From Pseudolabrys sp. (GTDB taxonomy: Bacteria > Pseudomonadota > Alphaproteobacteria > Rhizobiales > Xanthobacteraceae), in assembly GCA_035689725.1 (NCBI GenBank), contig DASSLE010000092.1, forward strand, positions 1 through 42,527: a DNA stretch of 42,527 nucleotides, given 5' to 3'. The position numbers and the translations under genes were made by a program. Under the pieces are notes generated by a model. That model made no database searches. It saw only the letters and a program-made list of their open reading frames with translations, and had not been told where the DNA came from. Positions 10,136 through 20,354 of the stretch are shown here, one piece after another (positions within the stretch are counted from its first letter, which is position 1; each line of letters opens with the position of its first letter).

Positions 10136-10909
10136 ATGTCCGCTTTTCCGCCGGATTCTTTTATTGTCGCCGACGTCGCGCCCTCGCCCAATTTCGACGA
10201 GCGTAAGGACGCACGCTCACCCGACATGATCCTTCTGCACTACACCGGAATGCAGACGGGAGAGGCCGCGCTGCAACAGCTCACAAAATCTGCAAGCAAG
10301 GTCTCTTCCCACTATGTGGTATTCGAAGACGGCCGCATTGTGCAGTGCGTACCGGAGGAACGACGCGCCTGGCACGCTGGCGAAGGGTCCTGGGCTGGCG
10401 AAACGGATGTCAACTCACGCTCGATCGGCATCGAGATCGTCAATCCGGGCCATGAATTCGGCTACACTGGCTTTCCGCTGCGTCAGGTCGCAGCGGTGAT
10501 CTCGCTCTGTAAGTCGATCATCGCGCGGCGGGGGCCGATCAGCGCCGACCGCATTTTAGGTCATTCAGATGTGGCGCCTTCCCGCAAACAAGATCCGGGC
10601 GAGAAATTTCCCTGGGGGCTGCTGAGCGAATCCGGCATCGGCCACTGGGTGCGCGCTGCCCCACTCAATCTCGAAGGCACGGGACTCAAGCCTGGCGACC
10701 GCGGTGACTCGGTGACGCGACTGCAGCGGACCCTGCGCTCCTACGGCTATGGCCTCGAAGAGACCGGCAACTATGACGAAGCTACGCGCGAGGTTGTTAT
10801 GGCATTCCAGCGCCATTTTCGGCAGGCGCGCGTCGACGGGATCGCTGATCCGTCCACGTTGCTGACATTGCGTGCGCTCATTGAGACGCGTCCTCAGCCA
10901 CTCGGCTGA
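10136..10909 (+). CDS. N-acetylmuramoyl-L-alanine amidase (Amidase_2) with C-terminal peptidoglycan-binding domain
   Basis: LLHYTGM, VSSHY, RAWHAG, SIGIEIVN, GHSDVAPSRKQDPG, VMAFQRHF. Confidence 0.93.
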   Translation: MSAFPPDSFIVADVAPSPNFDERKDARSPDMILLHYTGMQTGEAALQQLTKSASKVSSHYVVFEDGRIVQCVPEERRAWHAGEGSWAGETDVNSRSIGIEIVNPGHEFGYTGFPLRQVAAVISLCKSIIARRGPISADRILGHSDVAPSRKQDPGEKFPWGLLSESGIGHWVRAAPLNLEGTGLKPGDRGDSVTRLQRTLRSYGYGLEETGNYDEATREVVMAFQRHFRQARVDGIADPSTLLTLRALIETRPQPLG

Positions 10910-10954
10910 TACAGTTGCGCAATGAGCTTCCTTAAGGCTGTCCTGGAACGAACC

Positions 10955-10983
10955 TTGACGTACGGGCCTATTATCCCCATTCC
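10955..10983 (+). promoter_or_regulatory. probable sigma70 promoter of rnpB
   Basis: TTGACG (10955-10960), 17-nt spacer, CATTCC (10978-10983), ending 7 nt before the predicted RNA 5' end. Confidence 0.6.
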
Positions 10984-10990
10984 TATCCCG

Positions 10991-11390
10991 TCAGTCGGCC
11001 GGACGGCCGCTCCGCGCCAATGCCGAAAGGCGGCCGGGGAGGAAAGTCCGGGCTCCATGGATGAACGGTGCCGGATAACGTCCGGCGGGGATCAAACCCC
11101 AGGGATAGTGCCACAGAGAAGAGACCGCCTCGGCGCGTTGCGTTTAGCCGCGGCAAGGGTGAAACGGTGCGGTAAGAGCGCACCGCGTTTCCGGCAACGG
11201 AAGCGGCACGGCAAACCCCACCGGGAGCAAGACCGAATAGGAACGGCGCGGGAGCAATCCCAGATCAGTCCGGATCAGCCGTTCGGGTAGGTTGCTTGAC
11301 GCGCCGGGCAACCGGCGTGCGAGAGGAATGGCCGTCACGTCTGCGGCTCGCGCCGCAGGCCATACAGAACCCGGCTTACAGGCCGGCTGA
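10991..11390 (+). ncRNA. rnpB: RNase P RNA, class A
   Basis: GAGGAAAGTCCGGGCTCC, AGTGCCACAGA, GGGTGAAACGGTGCGGTAAGAGCGCACCG, GGCAAACCCCACCGGGAGCAA and ACAGAACCCGGCTTA; the ends TCAGTCGGCC/GGCCGGCTGA pair as P1. Confidence 0.98.
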
Positions 11391-11400
11391 TACGTTGTAA

Positions 11401-11442
11401 GGGGGCTCGGCGGCAAAAAATCGTCGGGCCCCCGCCAATTTT
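11401..11442 (+). terminator. probable intrinsic terminator after rnpB
   Basis: GGGGGCTCGGCGG-caaaaaa-TCGTCGGGCCCCC hairpin followed by gccaaTTTTT. Confidence 0.65.
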
Positions 11443-11491
11443 GAGCGTACTGGCGCAGTGTAGGGCAGCAGGCTAGCGTCCGCCGCCTCTC

Positions 11492-12373
11492 ATGACGACC
11501 TCCCGCGAAAAACTTGGTCTCGCACTCGGTGTCGCTGGCGTGCTCTTGTTCGGCGGCACGCTACCAGCGACAAGACTCGCAGTCGCCGCGCTCGACCCGC
11601 TGTTTCTGTGGGCCGCACGTGCGGCGATCGCCGGTTGCGCCGGTCTGCTACTGCTGTTCGTGTTGCGCCGGCCTATGCTACCGCGCGCACTGTGGCACGA
11701 ATTCGTGCTCGCCGGACTATGTACTATCGTCGGCTTCCCGGTTTTCATGGGGCTGGCCATGGCACATGTGCCGGCCGCTCATGGCGGTGTCGTGCTCGGC
11801 ATCATTCCGCTTGCAACTGCCGCCGCTGCATCGCTCGTTGCTCACGAGCGCCCGAGCCTCGGCTTCTGGCTCGCGAGTACAGCAGGCGCAGTCATTGTAC
11901 TTATCTTCATGGTACGGCAGAGCGATGCGAATACAATTCAGCTCGGCGATTTCTATCTGCTTGGCACCGTGATCTCTGGGGCATTCGGCTATGCACTGTC
12001 AGGCCGACTCAGTATGCAGCGGCCCGGCTGGGAAGTGATTTCATGGCAAGTCACGCTATTCCTGCCGCTGTCTTTGGTTGCGGCCTTCACCCTTTGGCCA
12101 GCTGACTTCACGGACGTGCCTGCTCCGGCCTGGGCCGGACTCGCTTACGTCAGTCTGATCAGTCAATTCCTTGCGTTTTTCGTATTCAATGCGGCGATGG
12201 CGATGGGCGGCGTCGCCCGGGTGGGCCAATTGATGCTTCTGCAGCCGTTTGTAATCGTTGCCCTGTCGGTGCCCGTGAACGGCGAGCGCTTCGATATATC
12301 GACACTGCTTTACGCAACCGCGGTCGTAGCCGCAGTACTCGCCGGACAACGCATGGGTGTAACGAGACGCTAG
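11492..12373 (+). CDS. DMT/EamA family transporter
   Basis: About 10 hydrophobic segments in a two-repeat EamA layout; FGGTLPATRLAV, HERPS, QLMLLQPF. Confidence 0.9.
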   Translation: MTTSREKLGLALGVAGVLLFGGTLPATRLAVAALDPLFLWAARAAIAGCAGLLLLFVLRRPMLPRALWHEFVLAGLCTIVGFPVFMGLAMAHVPAAHGGVVLGIIPLATAAAASLVAHERPSLGFWLASTAGAVIVLIFMVRQSDANTIQLGDFYLLGTVISGAFGYALSGRLSMQRPGWEVISWQVTLFLPLSLVAAFTLWPADFTDVPAPAWAGLAYVSLISQFLAFFVFNAAMAMGGVARVGQLMLLQPFVIVALSVPVNGERFDISTLLYATAVVAAVLAGQRMGVTRR

Positions 12374-12409
12374 CGGGCGTTGCGCCATAGGAGATGGCAG
12401 CCAAAGTGC

Positions 12410-13389
12410 TTACTTCCTGTACGCGGCCAGCATCGCTTCGCCGTCGGCACCGGCGGATGTTGCCCACTCCTTCGCGATGACGAAGCCGATCTTCGCCATG
12501 CCAGATTCGAGCGCCGGGCTTGGTGCGAGCACGATGATGCCAGCCTCCTTGAGCGCCTCGGTCTTTACCGTCATTTCCTCGATCGACAATCTCCAGCCGC
12601 GCTCCTCAGCCGCCCTTGCCGCATCGGTCAGTGCTTTTTTCCCACCGCAGATAGCCGTTCGAACGCTGCCTTGTTGGCAAACACTATATTGCGTGGCACC
12701 CAGGCCTGCGTATCCATGTAGTGCGTCAGATATTCCTCGGCCTTCGATTGCACCCCGCTCGACGCCGAAGTGATCATGACATCCACACGCCCCGACGCAA
12801 ACGCGGCGGGAAGATCCGGGACTTCGATCTGCGTCGGCTGCGCGCCTGCAAGTTCAGCGATCCGCTTGGTCATCACGTTATAGGTACGGAATTTCATTCC
12901 TTTGAAATCATCTACCGACTTGATTTCACGCTTGGCGTAGATGCCCTGAGGGGGCCACGGCACAGAAAACAGAAGGACCAATCCTTCCTTCGCGAGCTGC
13001 TTTTCGAGATAAGGCTTTTGCGCATCATACAGCTTGCGTGCGCCCTCATAGCCGGTTGCGAGAAATGGAATTGAATCGATGCCATAGACGGGCGCCTCGT
13101 CGGCCGCGAGTGAAATCAATATTTCACCGGCCGCAACCTTGCCATCGCTGACCGCTCGCTTGATCTCGGCGTGCTTGATCATCGTGCCACCCGGATGGAC
13201 GGCGATTTTCAACGATCCGCCGGTCGCCTTGTCCACGTCCGCGGCGAACTGCACGACGTTTTTGGTGTGAAATGCGCTGGCGGCGTAGTTTGTCGGCAAA
13301 TCCCATTGGGTCTGTGCCGAAGCCGCGCTTGCAAAACCGCCAGCGAACATGAGGTTCACGAATGCGAGGACTCTCGTAGTCCTCTCCAT
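12410..13389 (-). pseudogene. dctP: TRAP substrate-binding protein (DctP6/7-like), frameshifted near 12634-12643
   Basis: Frame 0 stops at 12628. The -1 frame continues ALTDAARAAEERGW...GADGEAMLAAYRK to TAA at 12410 and is colinear with the neighbouring paralog. The span is 980 nt, one base short of 327 codons. Confidence 0.85.
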
Positions 13390-13416
13390 CGTACTCTCCC
13401 CTCAGTTTGAGCTGGA

Positions 13417-14397
13417 CTACTTCTTGTAGGCCGCGATCACCGCTTCTCCATCGGCACCTGCTTTTTTCAGCCAGTCGGCCGTGAGCTGGTCGCCAACCTT
13501 TTTTAAACCTGATTTCAAAGCATCGCTTGGCGGCAACACTTTCATGCCGTGCGATTTGAGCTGGTCGAGATACCAGCCACTCTTGTCCTCCCACATTTTC
13601 CAACCACGCGTTTCGGCGGTCGCCGCCGCTTTGAGCAGCGCATCCTGCGTGGGCTTGTCGAGCGCATCGAAGGCAGCCTTGTTCACGAATGTTACGTTCT
13701 TCGGAATCCAGGCCTGCGTGTCATAGAAGTAAGCCATCGACTCCCAAGCCTTGCTGTCATAGCCGGTGGCGGCTGAAGTCATGAAGGAGTTGACCACGCC
13801 GGTCGCGAGTGCCTGCGCCAATTCGGCGGCCTGCACAGTGACCGACTGGGCGCCGACGAGTTCGCCGATGCGGGAGGTGCCGACATTGTAGCCGCGCCAC
13901 TTGAGTCCCTTCATGTCGTCTATCGAATTGAGCTCCTTCTTGGCGTAGATGCCCTGTGGGGCCCAGGGAACGGTGAACAACAGCATTAATCCTTGCGACG
14001 CGAGCTTCTTTTCGATCGCCGGTTTCGATGCCAGCCACAACTTCTTCGATTCGGTGAAGCTGGTGGCGAGGAACGGAATTACGTCCACGCCGAAGACGGG
14101 GGCTTCGTTCTCGTGCAGCGAGATCAACACTTCGCCGATTTGCGCTTGGCCGGTCTGAACCGCGCGCTTGATGTCGGGCGCCTTGAACAGCGAGGCGCCG
14201 GGATGAACGGTGATCTGCAACTTGTCGTTGGTTGCGGCAGCGACATCCTTGGCGAACAGCGCAAGATTCTCGCTGTGTGGATTATCCGCCGGATAGGCCG
14301 CCGGCAAATTCCATTTGATCTGGGCCGACGCAGGCTGCATGGCAATTACCGCCGACACGAACGCAGCCAGCAGCAGGGAACGGAACAACGTGGTCAT
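13417..14397 (-). CDS. dctP: TRAP substrate-binding protein (DctP6/7-like, probably pyroglutamate-binding)
   Basis: Signal peptide (PASA|QIKW), KWRGY conserved Arg, PWAPQGIY, YDTQAWIPKN. Start ATG 14397 with GAGAGG RBS; 326 aa. Confidence 0.93.
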   Translation of the reverse strand: MTTLFRSLLLAAFVSAVIAMQPASAQIKWNLPAAYPADNPHSENLALFAKDVAAATNDKLQITVHPGASLFKAPDIKRAVQTGQAQIGEVLISLHENEAPVFGVDVIPFLATSFTESKKLWLASKPAIEKKLASQGLMLLFTVPWAPQGIYAKKELNSIDDMKGLKWRGYNVGTSRIGELVGAQSVTVQAAELAQALATGVVNSFMTSAATGYDSKAWESMAYFYDTQAWIPKNVTFVNKAAFDALDKPTQDALLKAAATAETRGWKMWEDKSGWYLDQLKSHGMKVLPPSDALKSGLKKVGDQLTADWLKKAGADGEAVIAAYKK

Positions 14398-14464
14398 CGG
14401 ACGCCTCTCGGTTCGAAAAACCGGCACGAACGCGGTCAATAGCCTAGCATGAAACAGAAAGGGC

Positions 14465-15781
14465 TCAACTCGGCGGAAACGCGAGCTGCGGCAAGATCAG
14501 AACGATCTGCGGGAATTCCGTGATGATGAAGACCGCAGCGATTAGCAGCAGAAAGAACGGAAATGCGGCGCGCGCGACCGAGAAAGTGTCCCGGCCACTC
14601 ATGTTCTGGAGTACGAACAGATTGAAGCCGACCGGCGGGGTGATCTGCGCCATTTCGACGTGTATGACGAGGTAGACACCGAACCAGATAAGGTCGAGCC
14701 CTGCTTGCTTGATCATCGGCAACACGATCACCATCGTGAGCACAATCATCGAGATGCCATCGATCAGGCACCCGAGGATTATATACATCACGCTAAGATA
14801 TAGCGCGAGCATTCCAGGCGTGAGGCTTTGGCCCTTAACCCATTCCGCGAGTGCGGCTGGAATTCCGGTATAGGCCATCGCCGCGGTCGTATAGGCGGCG
14901 CCGGCGAGGATGAACATGATCATGCAGGTGAGGCGCGTGGCGCTCATCACGCTTTCAAAAAAAGTTTTTCGATTGAGCGTACCGCTCCACCACGCCAGCA
15001 ATAGTGCGCCGGAAACACCCCAGGCGGCGCACTCGGTTGCGGTCGCGAAGCCGAGCACAAGCGAAAAGAACACCGCAAGAATCAACAGCAGGCATGGAAT
15101 GAGCTTGGTCGATTCCGCAAGCTTCTTGCGGAATGGCATCGGCGGATCACGCGGCGGAATTTTGCTGGGATTCAACAGCGACCAGGCGATGATGTAGCCA
15201 GAATACAGCGCCATTACGAGAAAGCCGGGCAAAAAGCCGCCGAGAAAGACCTGCAGCACCGACACGTTGGCGGTCACCGCATAGACCACCATAGGTATCG
15301 ATGGCGGGATCAGCAGGCCAAGCGTGCCGGAGCCGGCCAAAGAACCAAGACTGATCCCCTTGTCGTAGCCGCGCTTTTCCAACTCGGGCAGCGCAATCTT
15401 GCCGATAGTTGCGCAGGTCGCGGCGGAGGAGCCCGACACCGCAGCAAAGATGCCGCAGCCGATTACGTTCACGTGCACGAGCCGCCCCGGAAGCCATTGC
15501 AGCCATGGCGACAGGCCACGGAACATTTCTTCCGACAAGCGCGTGCGGAATAAGATTTCGCCCATCCAGATGAACAGCGGCAGCGCCGCGAGCGTCCACG
15601 AAGCGCTTGCACTCCAAACCGTTGTCGCCAACACCGAGCCGATCGGCACGCTGGTCGTGAGCGCCATCGAGATAAATCCGACCAGTCCGAGTGCGACCGC
15701 GATCCAAACGCCGCTGCTAAGAACGACGATGAGGACGCCCAGCAAAATTAGCGAGAGGTTGACGAGGCCGATGTCGTGCAT
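14465..15781 (-). CDS. dctM: TRAP transporter large permease
   Basis: LAALPLFIWMG, AAVSGSSAAT, GTLGLLIPPSIP, ITPPVGFNLFV. Confidence 0.95.
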   Translation of the reverse strand: MHDIGLVNLSLILLGVLIVVLSSGVWIAVALGLVGFISMALTTSVPIGSVLATTVWSASASWTLAALPLFIWMGEILFRTRLSEEMFRGLSPWLQWLPGRLVHVNVIGCGIFAAVSGSSAATCATIGKIALPELEKRGYDKGISLGSLAGSGTLGLLIPPSIPMVVYAVTANVSVLQVFLGGFLPGFLVMALYSGYIIAWSLLNPSKIPPRDPPMPFRKKLAESTKLIPCLLLILAVFFSLVLGFATATECAAWGVSGALLLAWWSGTLNRKTFFESVMSATRLTCMIMFILAGAAYTTAAMAYTGIPAALAEWVKGQSLTPGMLALYLSVMYIILGCLIDGISMIVLTMVIVLPMIKQAGLDLIWFGVYLVIHVEMAQITPPVGFNLFVLQNMSGRDTFSVARAAFPFFLLLIAAVFIITEFPQIVLILPQLAFPPS

Positions 15782-16329
15782 CAGCCAGCCCCGCCCGAAG
15801 CGATACGCTCCACCAATTCGTCGGGCGACGATGGTGGCTCTTTCTCGTAGCTTGGCTTATTGCCCTTGAGAACATGGAAGAGTTCATCCACCAGCGCGAT
15901 GGCGAGAATAACCAGACCGCCGCTGTAGCCGATCTGCGGGATCCAAAGCGGGATCGAGAGCACACCTTGCGCCATGTCATTAAAGCGCCAGGAATCGTAG
16001 GTCATCGCCAGCGCATACCAAGTGAAGTAAAGCGTAAAGATGGTGGCAACCGCGAGCGCGAAAACTTCCAAGGCCCACCGTTTGCGCCCCGACACTTGCT
16101 CGATCAACACGCCTACGCGAATGATTTCGCCCCGCTTGAAAGTATGCGCGAGACCGAGGAATGCCATGGCAGCCATACACCAGGAAGCGAAGTCGTCGCC
16201 TGCCGGAATATTGAGTCCGACTTGCCGGCCGAGCGACATGAACATCATGATACCGAAGATCAAGATCAGAAAAGCGCCAGCGGCATAGCCTGCAGAGAGA
16301 TAAAGCCGGTCGAGGAAGATGCGGATCAT
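15781..16329 (-). CDS. dctQ: TRAP transporter small permease
   Basis: Four TM segments, FLGLAHTFKRGEIIRV, IPLWIPQ; start at ATG 16329. Confidence 0.92.
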   Translation of the reverse strand: MIRIFLDRLYLSAGYAAGAFLILIFGIMMFMSLGRQVGLNIPAGDDFASWCMAAMAFLGLAHTFKRGEIIRVGVLIEQVSGRKRWALEVFALAVATIFTLYFTWYALAMTYDSWRFNDMAQGVLSIPLWIPQIGYSGGLVILAIALVDELFHVLKGNKPSYEKEPPSSPDELVERIASGGAG

Positions 16330-16387
16330 TGTAACCCCTGCCGCATGATGGCGCTTGGTATGGTCGCCACGCAATAGATCGGAGTGC

Positions 16388-16603
16388 TCAGATCGTATCG
16401 AAGCCTTTGGCTCTATGCGTCGGCGCGGCGGCAGGTGCGGTGAGAAAGTGGATCAACGTGGCGCGCTCGAACAACGTACACAATGTACACAATTCACGCA
16501 CCGCGGCTTTGGCGCCGTTGCCACTCGGGGCCTTGATTTCTGCCGCCGGTGCAGCCTAAACAGGGGCCAGCAGCGCGGTTGCGAATGCGAATAGTATCTT
16601 CAT
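16388..16603 (-). pseudogene. internally deleted relic of a ModA-like periplasmic substrate-binding protein gene
   Basis: 72 codons: MKILFAFATALLAPV*AAPAAEIKAPSGNGAKAAVRELCTLCTLFERAT|LIHFLTAPAAAPTHRAKGFDTI*. In-frame TAG at 16558-16556 and a 9-bp tandem duplication. Confidence 0.65.
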
Positions 16604-16697
16604 GGTTCACCAATTTTTTCGCGGACTTGAGCCTAGCAGGCTTGTTTTGTCCTCGACAGGCCGGACATAGTGCTGCCTCGTTTGCAAGTTCAGCGCC

Positions 16698-19600
16698 ATG
16701 CCGAGAAAAACATCACTGCAGCAACCTTGGGACTTCTGGATTGACCGCGGCGGTACCTTCACCGACATCGTCGGACGACAACCAAATGGAACGTTGGTCG
16801 CGCACAAACTCCTGTCAGAAAACCCCGAAGCCTACTCCGATGCCGCCGTACAGGGCATTCGCGAATTGCTTGGGTTGAAAGCAGGCGAAGGAATCCCGGC
16901 TGGCCGCGTTGGTGCGGTGAAAATGGGCACAACAGTTGCGACCAATGCGCTGCTCGAGCGCAAGGGCGAGCGCACGCTCTTGCTGATCACCAAAGGCTTC
17001 CGAGATGCACTCAAGATCGGTTATCAGGCGCGGCCGAAGATATTTGCTCGCCACATCATCAAACTCGACATGCTCTATGAGCGCGTGGCCGAAGTTGACG
17101 AGCGGGTGCGTGCCGACGGCACAGTGGAGCAAGGACCGAATCTCGCGGCGGTTCGTGGCGATCTGGAAGCGGCCAAGGCCGATGGTATCAAAGCGGTCGC
17201 GATCGTGTTCATGCACGCGTACCGTTTCCCAAAGCATGAGAAGCGCGTCGCTGAGCTCGCGCGCGAAATGGACTTCGCGCAGGTATCCGTAAGCCATGAA
17301 GTCTCGCCGCTGATCAAACTGGTCGGCCGGGGGGACACCACAGTAGTGGACGCCTATCTATCGCCGATCCTCCGCCGCTACGTGGCGCAGGTAGATAAGG
17401 ATCTCGACGCGAAGCGGTCGGCCGCGCGACTGATGTTCATGATGTCCTCGGGCGGTCTCACCGCCGCCGAACTTTTTCAAGGCAAGGACGCAATACTGTC
17501 CGGCCCTGCCGGCGGCGTAGTTGGCATGGCGGAAACGGGAGGGCAAGCGGGTCTGGATCGCCTCATCGGCTTCGACATGGGTGGCACATCGACCGATGTG
17601 TCCCATTTCGACGGTGAATACGAGCGTGCATTCGAAACGGAAGTCGCCGGCGTGCGTATGCGTGCGCCAATGATGCTCATCCATACGGTTGCTGCCGGCG
17701 GCGGCTCGATTCTGCATTTCGATGGCGCGCGTTTCCGCGTCGGACCCGACTCGGCGGGGGCAAACCCGGGACCGAAATGCTACCGGCGAGACGGGCCACT
17801 GGCCGTCACTGATGCCAATGTGATGGTCGGCAAGCTCATTGCCGACTTTTTCCCAAAGATTTTCGGTTCTCCGCAGAATCTGCCACTCGACGCGCATGCC
17901 GTGCGCAACGCCTTCACCGACATGGCGCAACAGGTCGGTAGCCGCACAGCCGAAGAGGTCGCTGACGGCTTCATCAAGATCGCGGTCGAGAACATGGCGA
18001 ATGCGATCAAGAAAATATCTGTGCAGCGCGGCTATGACGTTACCCGCTATGCGCTCAACTGCTTCGGCGGCGCCGGCGGTCAGCACGCTTGTTTGGTCGC
18101 TGATGCTCTCGGGATGACTCGCGTACTCATGCACCCGTTCTCTTCACTGCTTTCCGCCTACGGCATGGGACTGGCCGATATACGCGCCACGCGCGAACAG
18201 GCAATCGAGCTGCCGTTCGGCGACAAAGCACTCAAGGTGATCGCACGCGTTGGTGCATCGCTTGGAAAAGCGACGAAGCTGGAAGTCGCCAGTCAAGGCG
18301 TCCCGGCGGGTAAGATCAAGGTGTTCGTGCGCGCGCATATACGCTACGCGGGCACCGACACCGCGCTGGTTGTGGCAGCCGGTAATGCTGCGGCAATGAA
18401 ACGTGCGTTTGAAAAAGCTCACAAAGCGCGTTTCGGTTTCATCGATCGCACAAAGCAGATGGTGGTCGAAGCCGTGTCAGTTGAGGCGGTCGGCGGCGGC
18501 GCCAAATTCAACGAAAAGGTGGTGAAGCGGTCGCGCGCTGCCCTGCCAAAGCCGGCGTTGCGAACGCAGTTCTTCTCCGCTGGAGCGTGGCACAAGGCGA
18601 ATGTCTACACCCGCGACCAGCTCAAGCCCGGATCGCGCGTCAAAGGCGCCGCCATCATCATCGAACCGCACCAGACTATCGTGGTTGAGCCTGGTTGGCA
18701 GGCCGAGTTGACGGCGAAAAATCACCTCTTGCTGACGCGCGCCAGAAAGCTCAAGCGCACGCATGCCATCGGCACCCATGCCGATCCGGTCATGCTGGAG
18801 GTGTTCAACAATCTATTCACGTCGATCGCCGAGCAGATGGGCGTATCGCTGCAGAACACCGCCTATTCAGTGAACATTAAGGAGCGGCTGGATTTCTCCT
18901 GCGCGGTATTCGCGCATGACGGAACTTTAGTGGCCAACGCGCCGCACATGCCGGTTCATCTCGGCTCCATGGATCGGGCGGTCGAGACAATCATCCGCGA
19001 AAATAAGGACCGCATCCGTCCTGGCGACGTTTACGCAATCAACGCGCCCTATAACGGCGGCACGCATTTGCCGGACATTACCGTTTGCACGCCAGTGTTC
19101 AACGATAGGAAGAGATCGATCCTGTTCTGGGTTGCCTCGCGCGGGCATCATGCCGATGTGGGTGGCATTTCGCCCGGCTCAATGTCACCAAACGCCACCA
19201 CCATCGAACAAGAAGGCGTGCTGTTTGACAATTTCAAGCTGATCGACCGTGGCCGCTTCCGTGAGAAAGAGTTGAGGGCGGCACTCACTGGCGCCAAATA
19301 TCCGGCACGCAACCCGGTGCAGAATATCAATGACATCAAAGCGCAGATTGCCGCCAACGAAAAGGGCGTCGCCGAGCTACGCAAGATGGTTACACACTTC
19401 ACGCTGCCGGTGGTGAAGGCCTATATGCAGCACGTGCAAGACAATGCTGCGGAAAGCGTGCGGCGCGTGATCGATCGGCTGCACGATTCAGAATTCAGCT
19501 ACGAGATGGATCAGAGCACCGTGATCAAAGTGAAGATCACGGTAGACAAGGCAAAACGCGAGGCGACAGTAGACTTCACCGGTACGAGCGAGCAACAGCC

Positions 19601-20321
19601 GACCAATTTTAATGCGCCAGAGCCGGTGACGCGCGCGGCGGTACTCTATGTGTTTCGCGTGATGGTTGATGACGACATCCCAATGAATGCTGGATGTCTA
19701 CGGCCAATCAACATCGTGATCCCCGAACGCTCGATGCTGTCGCCGGAATTTCCTGCCGCCGTGGTCGCTGGCAACGTGGAAACATCGCAAGCAGTGACCA
19801 ACTGCCTTTTTGGCGCGCTCGGCGCGCTTGCTGCTGCGCAGGGCACCATGAACAATCTCAACTTCGGCAACGCTCGTTATCAGTATTACGAAACGATCTG
19901 CTCCGGTTCCCCGGCGGGTCCCGGCTTCAACGGCACGGATGCAGTCCATACCCACATGACGAACACACGCCTCACCGACCCCGAAGTCTTGGAATTCCGC
20001 TACCCCGTCGTGCTCGAGGACTTCCACATCCGCACCGGCTCTGGCGGGCGCGGCCAGTGGCATGCGGGCGATGGCATTCGTCGCACCATTCGTTTCCTGG
20101 AAAAGATGGAATGCACGATCTTGTCCAGCCACCGGCGGGTGCGCCCGTTCGGCCTTGCAGGCGGGCAAGCCGGCCAGGTCGGAGAAAACTGGGCGCGGCG
20201 AAGAGACGGAGGTATGGAAAAACTACAGGGCTGCGATGCCACTGTTATTGACGCAAGCGAGGCAATTATCATTCAAACGCCAACCGCTGGCGGATATGGG
20301 ACCCCGGGAAACGCCAATTGA
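16698..20321 (+). CDS. oplA: ATP-dependent 5-oxoprolinase (fused hydantoinase A/B domains)
   Basis: [73 protein letters not shown]; 1207 aa. Confidence 0.93.
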   Translation: MPRKTSLQQPWDFWIDRGGTFTDIVGRQPNGTLVAHKLLSENPEAYSDAAVQGIRELLGLKAGEGIPAGRVGAVKMGTTVATNALLERKGERTLLLITKGFRDALKIGYQARPKIFARHIIKLDMLYERVAEVDERVRADGTVEQGPNLAAVRGDLEAAKADGIKAVAIVFMHAYRFPKHEKRVAELAREMDFAQVSVSHEVSPLIKLVGRGDTTVVDAYLSPILRRYVAQVDKDLDAKRSAARLMFMMSSGGLTAAELFQGKDAILSGPAGGVVGMAETGGQAGLDRLIGFDMGGTSTDVSHFDGEYERAFETEVAGVRMRAPMMLIHTVAAGGGSILHFDGARFRVGPDSAGANPGPKCYRRDGPLAVTDANVMVGKLIADFFPKIFGSPQNLPLDAHAVRNAFTDMAQQVGSRTAEEVADGFIKIAVENMANAIKKISVQRGYDVTRYALNCFGGAGGQHACLVADALGMTRVLMHPFSSLLSAYGMGLADIRATREQAIELPFGDKALKVIARVGASLGKATKLEVASQGVPAGKIKVFVRAHIRYAGTDTALVVAAGNAAAMKRAFEKAHKARFGFIDRTKQMVVEAVSVEAVGGGAKFNEKVVKRSRAALPKPALRTQFFSAGAWHKANVYTRDQLKPGSRVKGAAIIIEPHQTIVVEPGWQAELTAKNHLLLTRARKLKRTHAIGTHADPVMLEVFNNLFTSIAEQMGVSLQNTAYSVNIKERLDFSCAVFAHDGTLVANAPHMPVHLGSMDRAVETIIRENKDRIRPGDVYAINAPYNGGTHLPDITVCTPVFNDRKRSILFWVASRGHHADVGGISPGSMSPNATTIEQEGVLFDNFKLIDRGRFREKELRAALTGAKYPARNPVQNINDIKAQIAANEKGVAELRKMVTHFTLPVVKAYMQHVQDNAAESVRRVIDRLHDSEFSYEMDQSTVIKVKITVDKAKREATVDFTGTSEQQPTNFNAPEPVTRAAVLYVFRVMVDDDIPMNAGCLRPINIVIPERSMLSPEFPAAVVAGNVETSQAVTNCLFGALGALAAAQGTMNNLNFGNARYQYYETICSGSPAGPGFNGTDAVHTHMTNTRLTDPEVLEFRYPVVLEDFHIRTGSGGRGQWHAGDGIRRTIRFLEKMECTILSSHRRVRPFGLAGGQAGQVGENWARRRDGGMEKLQGCDATVIDASEAIIIQTPTAGGYGTPGNAN

Positions 20322-20354
20322 AGCAACTTGTTGCGCGAGCAAAAACTAGGCGAG

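Noticed and set aside
10922-11290. 122-aa ORF and antisense ORFs over rnpB
   Set aside because: The region is fully explained by the RNase P RNA.
16476-16493. GTACACAAT tandem repeat as a GntR-type operator
   Set aside because: More simply explained as an in-frame 3-codon duplication within the binding-protein relic. A secondary operator role cannot be excluded.
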